Shown one piece after another: positions 9,745 through 20,209 of a stretch of DNA of 64,000 bases (the stretch's first letter is position 1; each line of letters starts with the position of its first letter). The translations under genes and the position numbers were made by a program. The stretch is from Candidatus Kerfeldbacteria bacterium (lineage in GTDB: Bacteria; Patescibacteriota; Patescibacteriia; SBBC01). Under the pieces are notes generated by a model. It was given only the letters and a program-made list of their open reading frames with translations, ran no database searches and was not told where the DNA came from. Location: positions 2,479 through 66,478 of the forward strand of contig JACQPY010000017.1 of assembly GCA_016207275.1 (NCBI GenBank). Reading direction: 5' to 3'.

Positions 9745-11013
9745 ATGAAGACGCACCTCCGTCAGCAGGTGGTGATTCTCGGTGGTGGTTTTGCCGGACT
9801 CGCGGCCGCCCTCGAGCTCGCGCGACAAGCTGGCTTCCGGCATGACTACAACGTCATCCTCGTCGATCAGAATTGCTACCACCTCTACCACGGACTGCTC
9901 TACGAAGTAGCCACGGCCGGCTTCAACATCAATCCCCAGGATTTGGCGTACCTGCACGGCGGCGTCTGCATTCGACTGAAAGCCCTCGGTGAGCTGGTGA
10001 CCAAACGCCAGATTGATTTTATGCAAGTCACCGTCACCGGCGTAGATTGGCGTCAGCAGCGGGTGGTCTGTGATCAGCAGGCTGACCTGGTGTATTCTCA
10101 ACTGGTCATTGCGCTCGGGGCCGAAGCGGCCGACTACGGTATTCCCGGTTTGGCTCAGTACAGTTTTCCGCTCGGCACCATACCCGAGGCTTTAGCCATC
10201 CGCGGTCGCTTGCAAACGCTGGTGGCGGTGCAGCGTGGACAACCGCACCCGAGCCCGAAACGAATCGTGATTGTCGGCGGCGGGTTTACGGGCGTCGAGA
10301 CGGCTGGCGAAATTTTGCACTACCTGCGCCGACTGCAACGACGGGGAGTCATCGTGCCGGGAAGCGTGACCGTCGAGATGGTTGAGGGCGGGGAGGGGGT
10401 AATGCGGGCGCTCGGTCCGCGCGTGAGCGAAATGGCGCATCGGCGGCTGACCGCGCTCGGCGCCACGTTCAGGTTTAACACGCGGATTACGGCTGTCCAA
10501 CCGAGCACGATGACGCTCGATCGCGGCGAGTCGCTGGGCTACGATCTGTTGCTTTGGGCCGGCGGCATTCAGGCCAACCGCTTGGTTCGATCGATCGGTT
10601 TGCCGCTGGCTGGTCGCGGTCAATTATCAGTCGAGCCGACGCTGCAAGTGGTCGGTACGACCAACGTCTGGGCGGCCGGAGATTGTCTTGCCTTTACTGA
10701 TCCGTTGTCCAAGCAACCGATTCCGCAGATCGCTCCATTGGCCATTGCGGCTGGTCGGACAGTCGCCCGGAATATTGTCCGCCGTCTGCACGGACGCCCG
10801 CTTCGGCGTTTCTCTCCCGCCTACGCTGGATTCGTTATCCCGGTTGGCGGGATGTACGCCATTGCTCGGACCCATTGGTTTTTGCTGTCTGGTTTCTTGG
10901 CCTGGTTACTGCGCAAGCTGGTTGATTTTAACTACTTCACCTCGATCATGAGTTGGCGCAAAGCGTGGCGGGTGTTTATCCGCGGGGCGCGTGTGTACTT
11001 GAAGAACGACTAG
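9745..11013 (+). CDS. ndh: Type II NADH dehydrogenase-like FAD oxidoreductase
   Basis: GGGFAG and GGGFTGVE Rossmann motifs, WAAGD; start reset to ATG 9745 after TGGTATACT. Confidence 0.82.
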   Translation: MKTHLRQQVVILGGGFAGLAAALELARQAGFRHDYNVILVDQNCYHLYHGLLYEVATAGFNINPQDLAYLHGGVCIRLKALGELVTKRQIDFMQVTVTGVDWRQQRVVCDQQADLVYSQLVIALGAEAADYGIPGLAQYSFPLGTIPEALAIRGRLQTLVAVQRGQPHPSPKRIVIVGGGFTGVETAGEILHYLRRLQRRGVIVPGSVTVEMVEGGEGVMRALGPRVSEMAHRRLTALGATFRFNTRITAVQPSTMTLDRGESLGYDLLLWAGGIQANRLVRSIGLPLAGRGQLSVEPTLQVVGTTNVWAAGDCLAFTDPLSKQPIPQIAPLAIAAGRTVARNIVRRLHGRPLRRFSPAYAGFVIPVGGMYAIARTHWFLLSGFLAWLLRKLVDFNYFTSIMSWRKAWRVFIRGARVYLKND

Positions 11014-11059
11014 GTCCTGGCCGCTGAAGGATTTCCCGACGTGGTATACTAACGGACGT

Positions 11060-12241
11060 ATGAAGCTGCGGTCGGTTCGAAGCGCGAAGGTCCATGGTCG
11101 GCGGGTTTTAGTGCGGGCCGAGCTCAATGTTGCCGATCGTGCTGGTCGGACGGCGGATGACGTTCGGATCCGAGCGGCGGTTCCGACGCTCCGGCTGCTG
11201 CTGGCGCGGGGCGCCCGGGTCATCATCGTCACGCATCGCGGTCGTCCTCAGGGGCGGGTGGTGCAGCGGTTGAGTACGAAGCCGCTGGCCCGACCGCTCA
11301 GCCGACTGCTCGGGGTGCCAGTCAAGACGGTTAACGATTGCGTCGGCCCGATCGTCGAACGAGCGGTGATGCGGCTGGCCAACGGGCAGGCGCTGTTGCT
11401 GGAGAACGTTCGCTTTCATCCGGGCGAGGAACGAAACGATCGGCGCTTCAGCCGGCAGCTGGCCAAGCTCGCCGACTTGTTTGTCCTCGAGGCTTTTGGC
11501 ACCGCCCACCGTGCCCACGCCGCAGTCGTCGGGGTTGGTCAGTGGGTGCCCAGTTTTGCCGGACTGCGGTTCATTGAGGAGGTTCGCATCCTCAGTCGAG
11601 TTCTCCATCAGCCCCGCCGTCCACTGGTGTTCGTGATCGGGGGCGCAAAAATCTCATCGAAGCTTAATTTAATTGAGCGACTACTCGGAAGAGCTGACGG
11701 GCTCTTACTGGGCGGGGCGCTGGCCAACACTATTTTGCAGGCGCAAGGGCTGAACATCGGTCAGTCGTTGAGCGAACCGAAGATGGTTCGTGCCGTTCGT
11801 CGGTTGCAACTAACGAAACGGCAACTACACGTGCCGGTCGACCTGGTAGTTCGACAAGCGAACGGTCGCCGTGCCGTCCGGGCGGTCGGAGACGTCGGCC
11901 GTCGTGAATCGATTCTCGACATTGGCCCGGATACCGTCACCCTCTTCACCACGGTGCTCCGCCGGGCGCGAACGATTATCTGGAACGGACCAATGGGACG
12001 GTATGAGGAGCCACCTTTTGATCGCGGCACGCGGGCCGTGGCTCGGGCAGTCGCCCGATCGCGAGCCTATACCGTGGTCGGCGGCGGGGAAACTGTCGAC
12101 GCGGTCCGGTCACAAGGATTAGCGCGAGCCATTGATTTTATTTCTACCGGCGGTGGGGCGATGGTTGAATTTTTGGAAGGCCGTCGCCTGCCCGGCGTTG
12201 AACTGGTAAGGGAGTTAGACGATGACCAAGCCAACGATTGA
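11060..12241 (+). CDS. pgk: Phosphoglycerate kinase
   Basis: LLENVRF, AFGTAHRAH, GGAK, WNGPMG, STGGGA. Confidence 0.96.
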   Translation: MKLRSVRSAKVHGRRVLVRAELNVADRAGRTADDVRIRAAVPTLRLLLARGARVIIVTHRGRPQGRVVQRLSTKPLARPLSRLLGVPVKTVNDCVGPIVERAVMRLANGQALLLENVRFHPGEERNDRRFSRQLAKLADLFVLEAFGTAHRAHAAVVGVGQWVPSFAGLRFIEEVRILSRVLHQPRRPLVFVIGGAKISSKLNLIERLLGRADGLLLGGALANTILQAQGLNIGQSLSEPKMVRAVRRLQLTKRQLHVPVDLVVRQANGRRAVRAVGDVGRRESILDIGPDTVTLFTTVLRRARTIIWNGPMGRYEEPPFDRGTRAVARAVARSRAYTVVGGGETVDAVRSQGLARAIDFISTGGGAMVEFLEGRRLPGVELVRELDDDQAND

Positions 12242-13481
12242 TCGGATTACGGCGACTGAGATTCTTGATTCTCGCGGTGAACCGACCGTTCGCGCCACCA
12301 TTATTTTAACTGACGGGCAGCAGGCTTCGGCGGCTGTCCCGGCCGGTGCTTCAACCGGGTTACACGAAGCTCACGAGCTCCGCGACGGTGTTGGCCGCTA
12401 CGGTGGCCGTGGTGTCCTGCGGGCGGTGGAGCACGTCCGGACGACTATCCACCAAGCGTTACGGGGAATGGCGGTCGATCAGCAGGCCGAACTTGATCAA
12501 AAATTGGTCGAACTCGACGGTACCGCTGATCGTTCCCACCTTGGCGCCAACGCCATCCTGAGTGTGTCGCTGGCCTGCGCTCGGACCGCCAGTTTGGCTC
12601 ATCACCTACCGCTGTACCGCTACCTGCGTCAGCGGTACGACCTACCGGAATCAAAAAATTTTCCGCGTCCAATGTGTAACGTGCTCAACGGCGGCCAGCA
12701 TGCCGATAACCACATTTCCTTTCAGGAGTTTCAACTACTGCCCGAGGGGAGTACGGTCGCCGAACAACTGGAGCGGGTGGCCGGTATCATCCGGCAGCTC
12801 AGGCAGCTGTTGATCAAGCGCGGGGACCGCACCCTCGTTGGCGACGAAGGTGGCTTTGCGCCGCTGCTCCACACGAATGAAGCGGGGCTTCAGTTGCTCG
12901 GGCAGGCGACTGAAGCAGCTGCGTTACGTCTCGGTCACGACGTCAGCTTTGGTCTTGATGTGGCCGCTTCGGAGTTTTACGAGTCGGCGACAAAAATGTA
13001 TCACCTTGAACCTGAGGGGTTACGTGTCAACGCGGCTAACTTGATTGGTCTTTACGAACAGCTGGCGGAGCGCTACCCGCTCCGGACGCTCGAAGACGGT
13101 CTGCAGGAGGACGACTGGGCCGGCTGGACCAAGTTGACGACCCGCCTCGGGAAGAAACTATTGCTAATTGGTGATGATTTGTTTGTCACGCAACGCGACC
13201 GCTTAAGCCAAGGCATTCGGGCCAAAGCGGCGAATGCCATTCTGATTAAGCCGAACCAGGTCGGGACGCTGTCGGAGACGATTGAGACCGTCAAGACCGC
13301 GCTCGACGACGGCTACGCGCCGGTGGTCTCGCATCGTTCCGGAGAAACCTGTGACGATTTTATCGCCGACCTAGCCGTGGCGGTCGGCAGCCCGTACCTT
13401 AAAGCTGGTTCACTGGCGCGGGGCGAACGGTCAGCTAAGTACAACCGCCTGTTGATCATTGCTGCTGAGGTCGGGGCATGA
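12222..13481 (+). CDS. eno: Enolase
   Basis: EILDSRG, VPAGASTG, VGDEGG, IKPNQVG, SHRSGET. Confidence 0.97.
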   Translation: MTKPTIDRITATEILDSRGEPTVRATIILTDGQQASAAVPAGASTGLHEAHELRDGVGRYGGRGVLRAVEHVRTTIHQALRGMAVDQQAELDQKLVELDGTADRSHLGANAILSVSLACARTASLAHHLPLYRYLRQRYDLPESKNFPRPMCNVLNGGQHADNHISFQEFQLLPEGSTVAEQLERVAGIIRQLRQLLIKRGDRTLVGDEGGFAPLLHTNEAGLQLLGQATEAAALRLGHDVSFGLDVAASEFYESATKMYHLEPEGLRVNAANLIGLYEQLAERYPLRTLEDGLQEDDWAGWTKLTTRLGKKLLLIGDDLFVTQRDRLSQGIRAKAANAILIKPNQVGTLSETIETVKTALDDGYAPVVSHRSGETCDDFIADLAVAVGSPYLKAGSLARGERSAKYNRLLIIAAEVGA

Positions 13482-15043
13482 GTCGCCGATCGTCGTTTCC
13501 GCTGGTGATGATTATTTTTGATGGTTGGGGAATCGCGCCACGCGGCCCGGGGAACGCCATTGCTTTGGCCAAGACGCCCGTCATGGATACCTTGGCTAAG
13601 ACGTATCCGTCAACGACCTTGGCGGCGGCCGGTTCGGCCGTCGGTCTGCCGACCAATCAGGCGGGAAACTCCGAAGCCGGGCACATGAACATCGGAGCTG
13701 GCCGGGTGGTCGAGCAGGATTCGATCCGGATTTCCCGGAGCATCAATGAGGGGACGTTCTTTAAGAACGCCGCTTTTCAGGCCGCTGTCCGCCACGTCCA
13801 GAAGCACCGCTCGCAACTACACCTGATTGGCTTGCTGACTGAACAGCAGAGCGCCCACGCCGACCCGGACCACCTCTTGGCTTTATTAACCTTGGCTCGA
13901 ACCATGCACGTTTCGCCGGTCCAACTACACTTATTCACTGATGGTCGTGACTCACCGCCAACCGCCTCTATCCGGCTGCTGCGCAGGCTCGAGCCGAGCC
14001 TCCAGTCAGGGGAGTCCATTGCCACCATCATCGGTCGGTTCTACGCCATGGATCGAAAAAAAGTTTGGTCGCGAACTAAGCGAGCGTACGAAGCAATGGT
14101 TTTGGGACAGGGTCGGCTGGTGGCCACAGCCGAAGAAGCCATTCTGGCGGGTTATGACCGCGGCCTGACTGACGAGTTCATCGAACCAACGGTCGTGGCC
14201 GATCCGCGTCAGCGCCGGATTCAATCGAACGATGCGGTCATCTTTTTCAACCTTCGATCTGATCGCGCCCGTCAACTGACGAAAGTATTCGTTCAAGAAC
14301 GTTTTACTGACCAGAACCCCGACGCCTTTAAACGCGAACACCGACCACGGAATATTCTCTTTGTAGCGATGACCGATTTCGGTCCGGACCTGGGCGAGAT
14401 CTACACTGCCTTTCCTTCAGTTGACCTCTACAGTACGTTTCCGGTAATCCTCCGGCGTTACTGTCAACTCTACGTGGCCGAGAGCGAGAAGTTCGCTCAC
14501 GTTACGTTCTTCTTCAATGGCGGCTACGATAAACCAGTGGCTGGCGAAAACCGGGTGCTGATCGCTTCTCCCGGTGTCTCGTCGTACGATGCCGCTCCAG
14601 AGATGAGCGTCCGTCGGATTACTAGCTTCGTGGTTAACGATCTGCAGCGCCAGGAGCACGATGTGGTAGTGGTCAACTTTGCTAATCCGGACATGATCGG
14701 GCATACCGGTAACCTCCGGGCGGCCGTTAAAGCCATTGAAGCAGTTGATCAGTGTGTCGGTCAGATCCGTGATGCTGTTATTGCGCGGGCCGGAACCTTA
14801 GTTATCACCGCTGACCACGGCAATGCCGAAGAGATGCTCACCCCGGACGGTAAGAGCGTCAGTACTGAGCATACGACAAACCCCGTTCCGTTTAGTATTG
14901 TCACGCCGAAGCCGTTGCCGCTGAAGCTTCGAACCGATGGCCGTTTAGCCGACGTCGTGCCGACCGTGTTAGATCTGTTAGGCGTTACACCGCCGGCCGT
15001 GATGACCGGTCAGTCGCTAATCGTCACCGACCATGCCGCTTAA
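13478..15043 (+). CDS. gpmI: 2,3-BPG-independent phosphoglycerate mutase, copy 1 (divergent)
   Basis: DGWG, GNSEAGH, DGRD, ESEKFAHVTFFFNGG, DMIGHTG, TADHGN. Confidence 0.92.
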   Translation: MSRRSSFPLVMIIFDGWGIAPRGPGNAIALAKTPVMDTLAKTYPSTTLAAAGSAVGLPTNQAGNSEAGHMNIGAGRVVEQDSIRISRSINEGTFFKNAAFQAAVRHVQKHRSQLHLIGLLTEQQSAHADPDHLLALLTLARTMHVSPVQLHLFTDGRDSPPTASIRLLRRLEPSLQSGESIATIIGRFYAMDRKKVWSRTKRAYEAMVLGQGRLVATAEEAILAGYDRGLTDEFIEPTVVADPRQRRIQSNDAVIFFNLRSDRARQLTKVFVQERFTDQNPDAFKREHRPRNILFVAMTDFGPDLGEIYTAFPSVDLYSTFPVILRRYCQLYVAESEKFAHVTFFFNGGYDKPVAGENRVLIASPGVSSYDAAPEMSVRRITSFVVNDLQRQEHDVVVVNFANPDMIGHTGNLRAAVKAIEAVDQCVGQIRDAVIARAGTLVITADHGNAEEMLTPDGKSVSTEHTTNPVPFSIVTPKPLPLKLRTDGRLADVVPTVLDLLGVTPPAVMTGQSLIVTDHAA

Positions 15044-16610
15044 GCGTCGGCCGCTCGTCTTACTGATTCTTGACGGTTGGGGCGTGGCGCCGAAAAACCG
15101 GGGCAATGCGATCATGCTTGCGGAGACGCCGGCCTGGGACCGTTTCGTCACCACTTACCCATCGTTGACGCTGCAAGCCTCTGGCGAGTCAGTTGGGCTG
15201 CCCTGGGGTGAGATGGGCAACTCCGAGGTCGGCCATATGAATATTGGCGCCGGAAAAATTCTCTACCGTGATTTACCCCGGATTAACCGCGCGATTCTCG
15301 ATGGTAGCTTTTATGAGCGCCCGGCTTTCGATGAGGCGATCAAACACGTTAAACAAACCAAGGGTCAGCTCCACCTGGTCGGTTTGCTCAGCTCGGGCGG
15401 AATTCACAGTTTTAATGAGCACGCCTATGCGTTATTGGAACTGGCCGGACGGGAGAAAATGGCGAACGTCTTTATACACGTTATGCTCGATGGTCGCGAC
15501 ACGCCGCACAACAGCGGTGAGACGTTTATCACTAAGCTCGAGGCTAAACTGAAGGAGCTCAAGCTCGGGGCGATTGCCACCATCGCCGGTCGTTTCTGGG
15601 CGATGGACCGAGACAATCGCTGGGACCGAATTCAGAAAGCCTACCGGGCCATGACTGCGGGCACGGCCGAGGAAACGTTCACTGACCCACTGGTAGCAGT
15701 CCGCGCTTCCTACGGTCGCGGCATCTACGACGAAGAGTTTGTGCCGACGGTTATTACCAGTAGCAATGGTCAGCCGCGCGGGACGATTCGGGCCGGCGAT
15801 AGCGTCATCTTTTTTAACTTTCGGGCTGATCGAGCCCGGGAACTGACCAAAGCGTTTGTCTTGCCCGGCTTCATGAAGTTCGAACGGTCGTACCTGCGCG
15901 ATATTATCTTTGTCACCATGACCGAGTATGAACAGAATCTGCCGGTGCTGGTGGCGTTCCCACCGGAAATCGTGACCACGCCGTTGGCCAAAGTCATCAG
16001 TGATCTTGGCGAGAAGCAACTGCACCTGGCGGAAACTGAAAAGTACGCCCACGTCACGTTTTTCTTAAACGGTGGACGCGAAGAGCCATTCCCCGGCGAG
16101 TCGCGATCGCTCGTCCCCTCACCGTCAGTCTCGACCTACGATCAAAAACCAGAAATGAGTGCGCGCGAAATTACTGACCGGGCGATCAAAGAGATCAATA
16201 GCGCCAGCTACGGCTTCGTGGTGATCAACTACGCCAACGCCGATATGGTTGGTCACACCGGCAACATTCCGGCTACGGTCAAGGCGATCGAGTCGATTGA
16301 TGCGGAGCTCGATCGGCTGGCCGCGGCCGTGGTGGGAGTCAACGGTATCTTGGTGATTACCGCTGACCACGGCAACGCGGAGGAGAAGCTCAATTTAACC
16401 ACCGGCTTTATTAACAAAGAACACACCGCTAATCCCGTGCCGTTCGTACTGATCGGTTCGGATTGGCAGGGTCACGGTCGGGCGTCACCTGATTTGAGCA
16501 CGGTTACGCCGAGCGGTATCCTAGCCGATGTGGCTCCGACGTTGCTCGACCTCGAGTCGTTACTTCAGCCGCCAGAAATGACCGGCCGAAGCTTGCGCTC
16601 ACTGTTATGA
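15033..16610 (+). CDS. gpmI: 2,3-BPG-independent phosphoglycerate mutase, copy 2
   Basis: DGWG, MGNSEVGH, GGIHS, ETEKYAHVTFFLNGG, DMVGHTG. Confidence 0.95.
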   Translation: MPLKRRPLVLLILDGWGVAPKNRGNAIMLAETPAWDRFVTTYPSLTLQASGESVGLPWGEMGNSEVGHMNIGAGKILYRDLPRINRAILDGSFYERPAFDEAIKHVKQTKGQLHLVGLLSSGGIHSFNEHAYALLELAGREKMANVFIHVMLDGRDTPHNSGETFITKLEAKLKELKLGAIATIAGRFWAMDRDNRWDRIQKAYRAMTAGTAEETFTDPLVAVRASYGRGIYDEEFVPTVITSSNGQPRGTIRAGDSVIFFNFRADRARELTKAFVLPGFMKFERSYLRDIIFVTMTEYEQNLPVLVAFPPEIVTTPLAKVISDLGEKQLHLAETEKYAHVTFFLNGGREEPFPGESRSLVPSPSVSTYDQKPEMSAREITDRAIKEINSASYGFVVINYANADMVGHTGNIPATVKAIESIDAELDRLAAAVVGVNGILVITADHGNAEEKLNLTTGFINKEHTANPVPFVLIGSDWQGHGRASPDLSTVTPSGILADVAPTLLDLESLLQPPEMTGRSLRSLL

Positions 16611-17200
16611 CGATGAACGAAACGACCGCCGGCGTAACGGTGCCTGTGGAGGTCTCGAATCGGCATGTCCACGTGTCCGCCGGCCATCTCGAAACGCTGT
16701 TCGGTCCCGGTGCCTCGCTGCATCAGCACCGGTCGATCTCACAGACTGATCAGTTTGCCGCTCGGGAAACCGTGACGCTTATCGGACCGCGCGGGCGAGT
16801 GGAGAATGTCCGGCTCGTTGGGCCGGTACGATCGCGGACGCAGGTTGAAGTAAGTCAAACTGACGCTCGTCAACTCGGTGTCAGCGCGCCGCTTCGCGAT
16901 TCGGGCGATCTCGATGGCAGCGCTGGTCTGACGCTGGCCGGCCCGCGCGGCCGAGTCACGCTTAGCCATGGCGTCATCGTCCAGCGCCGTCACATCCACG
17001 CCTCGCCGCTCGATTGCCAAACCTACGGCCTGAAACCTCACTCGATCGTCCGGCTTCGAATTGGCGGCCCGCGCGGACTGATCTTCGACCAGGTGCTCGT
17101 TAAAGTTGACCCATCGTTTGTCTGGCGTCTACACCTCGATACTGACGAGGCCAATGCGGCCGGGGTTAAACCCGGCGACGTCGCCGAGGTCCTGCCATGA
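16607..17200 (+). CDS. pduL: PduL-type phosphate acyltransferase
   Basis: VSNRHVH, QVEVSQTD, RDSGDL, RHIH, HLDTDEANA. Confidence 0.92.
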   Translation: MTMNETTAGVTVPVEVSNRHVHVSAGHLETLFGPGASLHQHRSISQTDQFAARETVTLIGPRGRVENVRLVGPVRSRTQVEVSQTDARQLGVSAPLRDSGDLDGSAGLTLAGPRGRVTLSHGVIVQRRHIHASPLDCQTYGLKPHSIVRLRIGGPRGLIFDQVLVKVDPSFVWRLHLDTDEANAAGVKPGDVAEVLP

Positions 17201-18351
17201 GGTCCGTTGTCCTGACCGCTAATGCCGGCAGCTCGTCGCTCAAAGTTGGGCTGGTGCAGTGGCCCTTAGCTCGTTTCGTTGGCACGATCGAAATTGATCA
17301 GATCGGCTCAGGCGCTGAATTGATTGTCCAGCTGCCGGGCCAACGGCCGGGTCGAAGTCCGATCGCGATTCCAACCGTCTCCGCGGCTGCGCGTTTCATC
17401 GCTCGCTGGCTAACTAAAAGTGGGCTTAGTCCTTCGTCGGTGCGCGGCATAGCGCACCGCGTGGTCGTCGCTGACGGTTACCACCAGCCTGTCCGCATCA
17501 CCTCGGCCGTGGCGCGAGCGATTGCCCGCGCCACGGCCCGGGCACCATTGCACAATCCGGCGGCGCTGGCCGTCATCCGCGTCTTCCGTCGCGTCTATCG
17601 GCGGGCGACCCACGTCGCCGCCTTTGACACGGCCTTCTTTGCTCACCTGCCACTCCGCGCTCGCACCTACGCGATTGACCATCGGCTGGCTGCACGATTT
17701 GGTCTGGTGCGAACAGGTTTTCATGGTTTGAGTCACGCGGCCGCTTCACGGTTTGCCGCGGCTCAGCTGGGCCGGCCGATTAGTTCGTTGCGTTTGATTA
17801 CGGTCCACCTTGGCGCTGGCTGCTCGGTGACCGCGGTTAATCGTGGCCGGGCGGTTGATACCTCGATGGGTTTTACGCCGCTCGAAGGATTAGTGATGGC
17901 GACTCGTCCCGGCGATCTTGACAGCGGCGTGGTCCTGCACCTACTGAAGCAAGGAATGACCGTTCGTCAACTGGAAGCGTTGCTCTACCATCAGTCTGGC
18001 TGGCGTGGTTTGAGCGGGGTCAGTGACGATCTACGCGTCGTTTTGGCCGGCGCAGGAATTCCGGTGCGTGGCTGGCAATCAAAACGACGATTCAGCGCGG
18101 CCGCCCGCCGACGTTGCCGAACGGCGCTGGCTGTCTTCATCTATCGGATTCAGAAGTACCTCGGGGCGTACGCGGCGATACTCGGGACAGTCGACGCCAT
18201 CGTTTTTACCGGGGCCATCGGCGAACGCAACCCTGACGTCCGTCGACGGATCGTGCGGGGGTTGCGACTACCGGGACAGCCGCGCGTCGTGGTCGCCCCG
18301 ACGGATGAACAATTCACCCTCATCCGCATGGCCCGTCGGCTGATGAGCTGA
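17197..18351 (+). CDS. ackA: Acetate/propionate kinase
   Basis: NAGSSSLK, APLHNP, FDTAF, GFHGLSH, TSMGFTPLEG. Confidence 0.93.
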   Translation: MRSVVLTANAGSSSLKVGLVQWPLARFVGTIEIDQIGSGAELIVQLPGQRPGRSPIAIPTVSAAARFIARWLTKSGLSPSSVRGIAHRVVVADGYHQPVRITSAVARAIARATARAPLHNPAALAVIRVFRRVYRRATHVAAFDTAFFAHLPLRARTYAIDHRLAARFGLVRTGFHGLSHAAASRFAAAQLGRPISSLRLITVHLGAGCSVTAVNRGRAVDTSMGFTPLEGLVMATRPGDLDSGVVLHLLKQGMTVRQLEALLYHQSGWRGLSGVSDDLRVVLAGAGIPVRGWQSKRRFSAAARRRCRTALAVFIYRIQKYLGAYAAILGTVDAIVFTGAIGERNPDVRRRIVRGLRLPGQPRVVVAPTDEQFTLIRMARRLMS

Positions 18352-18445
18352 ACTTCGGGTCGGGCGTGGGCGCGAGTTCAGCGGCCAGCGCTGGCCGCGC
18401 GGCCGAGCAGTTGTCGGACCGCACACTCGACGCTATACTGAGCGT

Positions 18446-20209
18446 ATGCCAACGGAAGTCTTTAACTGGAAAATCTGCGGCGTCGGTGGTTACGGCTTGC
18501 AGGTGGCTTCGAGCATGTTGGGGAAGACATTCTTGCGGGGCGGACTGAACGTCCAAACATACGACGAGTTTCCGTCGGTCATCAAAGGCGGCCCGGCGAC
18601 CAGTCAGGTGGCGGCTAGCGTGGCGCCGATTCGCAGTCCGCGCCAGGCGGTCCAGCTGCTGGTTTGCTTGAACGAGCAGTCGATTCGCGACCACGTTCGC
18701 GAGCTCGTTCCGGGCGGCTGGTTGCTCTACGATCCTGACGCCGTGCCCAAGCCGTCGGTCAAACGGACCGACCTGACGCTCTTCCCCGCGCCCCTAACTC
18801 GGATTACCCAGGAGGTTAAAGCCGAGAAAATCATGCGCAACGTGGTCTCGATTGGAGCCACGCTCGGTCTCCTTGGTTTTTCTACTGATCTGGTCAACCA
18901 GCAGCTACGCCAGCAGTATGGCCAAAAGGGTGAGGAGGTCGTTCAAGAAAACCTCAAGGCGGTTGAGGCGGGAGCGACGTATGCCACCGAGCATGCGCCA
19001 GCAAAATTCCCGTTCCGGCTGAAGGTCGGGCGTCGTCGTCAGCGACGAATGCTGATTTCCGGAAACGATGCGCTCGGGCTGGGCGCGCTGGCCGCGGGTG
19101 TCCGGTTTTATGCCGGCTACCCGATGACGCCATCGACCTCACTCCTTTTTTTCATGGTCAAGCACGGACCTGACTTTGGCGTGGTAGTCCGTCAGCTGCC
19201 TGACGAAATCGCCGTGATCAACGCCGCCATCGGCGCTTCGTTTGCCGGCGTTCGTTCGATGGTCGCCACTTCTGGCGGCGGATTTTCCTTGATGGTCGAG
19301 TCACTCGGTTTGGCGGCCATGACCGAGACGCCGCTGGTAGTCGTCAACGCCCAGCGTCCCGGTCCGGCCACGGGCTTACCGACCTGGACCGAGCAGGGCG
19401 ATTTACGTTTTGTGATGCACGCCGCGCCGGGCGATTTTCCGCGGGTGGTGGTGGCCCCCGGCGACGTGACCGAGTGTTTTCAGGCCATGTCGTTAGCGTT
19501 CAATATCGCCGATCGCTACCAGACGCCGGTGGTGGTTTTAACCGACAAATTCTTAGGCGAGAGTTCGTTCACCACCGACGCAATGCGTACGACCGACTGG
19601 CGCGTTGACCGCGGTCCAGTCGTGACCCGCGGCGTGATCAGCGGGGAGCACGGTATGTTTCCGCGGTACGCCGATACCCCGTCCGGGGTATCACCGCGCC
19701 CGTTCCCCGGCACCCCTGGGTTACCGTACATGGCCAACTCGGACGAGCACGATGAGTTTGGCTTGTCGACCGAGGAGGCGAGCGTTCGCCTGGTTCAGCA
19801 CGCGAAACGAATGCGCAAACTAACTGATTTGGCCTGGGACTTACCCGAACCCGAGCGCTATGGCCCGACTAAGGCCGATCTGACACTCCTCAGCTGGGGC
19901 TCGACCAAGGGGCCGGCCTTAGATGCTCTTGAGCTACTGGCCGCCGAGGGGATCCGGATCAATTTGATTCACTTTTTTGTGCTCCATCCTTTTCCGGCCG
20001 CGACGACGATCAAACGTTTAGCCGGCGTCAAACGGTTGGTGACGGTTGAGGGTAATGCCAGCGGCCAGCTCGCCGGTCTGATTCGTCAACATACCGGTTT
20101 GGCGATCGAGGATCAGATTCTACGGTACGATGGGCGTCCGTTCGAAGCGGTTGAGTTGGCCGCGGCCGTGCGCGAGCGGCTCGGCATCAAACGGCGGGCC
20201 CATGCCTAA
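18446..20209 (+). CDS. 2-oxoacid:ferredoxin oxidoreductase alpha subunit (gamma-alpha fusion)
   Basis: GVGGYG, YAGYPMTPS, TSGGGFSLM, QRPGPATG. Confidence 0.93.
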   Translation: MPTEVFNWKICGVGGYGLQVASSMLGKTFLRGGLNVQTYDEFPSVIKGGPATSQVAASVAPIRSPRQAVQLLVCLNEQSIRDHVRELVPGGWLLYDPDAVPKPSVKRTDLTLFPAPLTRITQEVKAEKIMRNVVSIGATLGLLGFSTDLVNQQLRQQYGQKGEEVVQENLKAVEAGATYATEHAPAKFPFRLKVGRRRQRRMLISGNDALGLGALAAGVRFYAGYPMTPSTSLLFFMVKHGPDFGVVVRQLPDEIAVINAAIGASFAGVRSMVATSGGGFSLMVESLGLAAMTETPLVVVNAQRPGPATGLPTWTEQGDLRFVMHAAPGDFPRVVVAPGDVTECFQAMSLAFNIADRYQTPVVVLTDKFLGESSFTTDAMRTTDWRVDRGPVVTRGVISGEHGMFPRYADTPSGVSPRPFPGTPGLPYMANSDEHDEFGLSTEEASVRLVQHAKRMRKLTDLAWDLPEPERYGPTKADLTLLSWGSTKGPALDALELLAAEGIRINLIHFFVLHPFPAATTIKRLAGVKRLVTVEGNASGQLAGLIRQHTGLAIEDQILRYDGRPFEAVELAAAVRERLGIKRRAHA

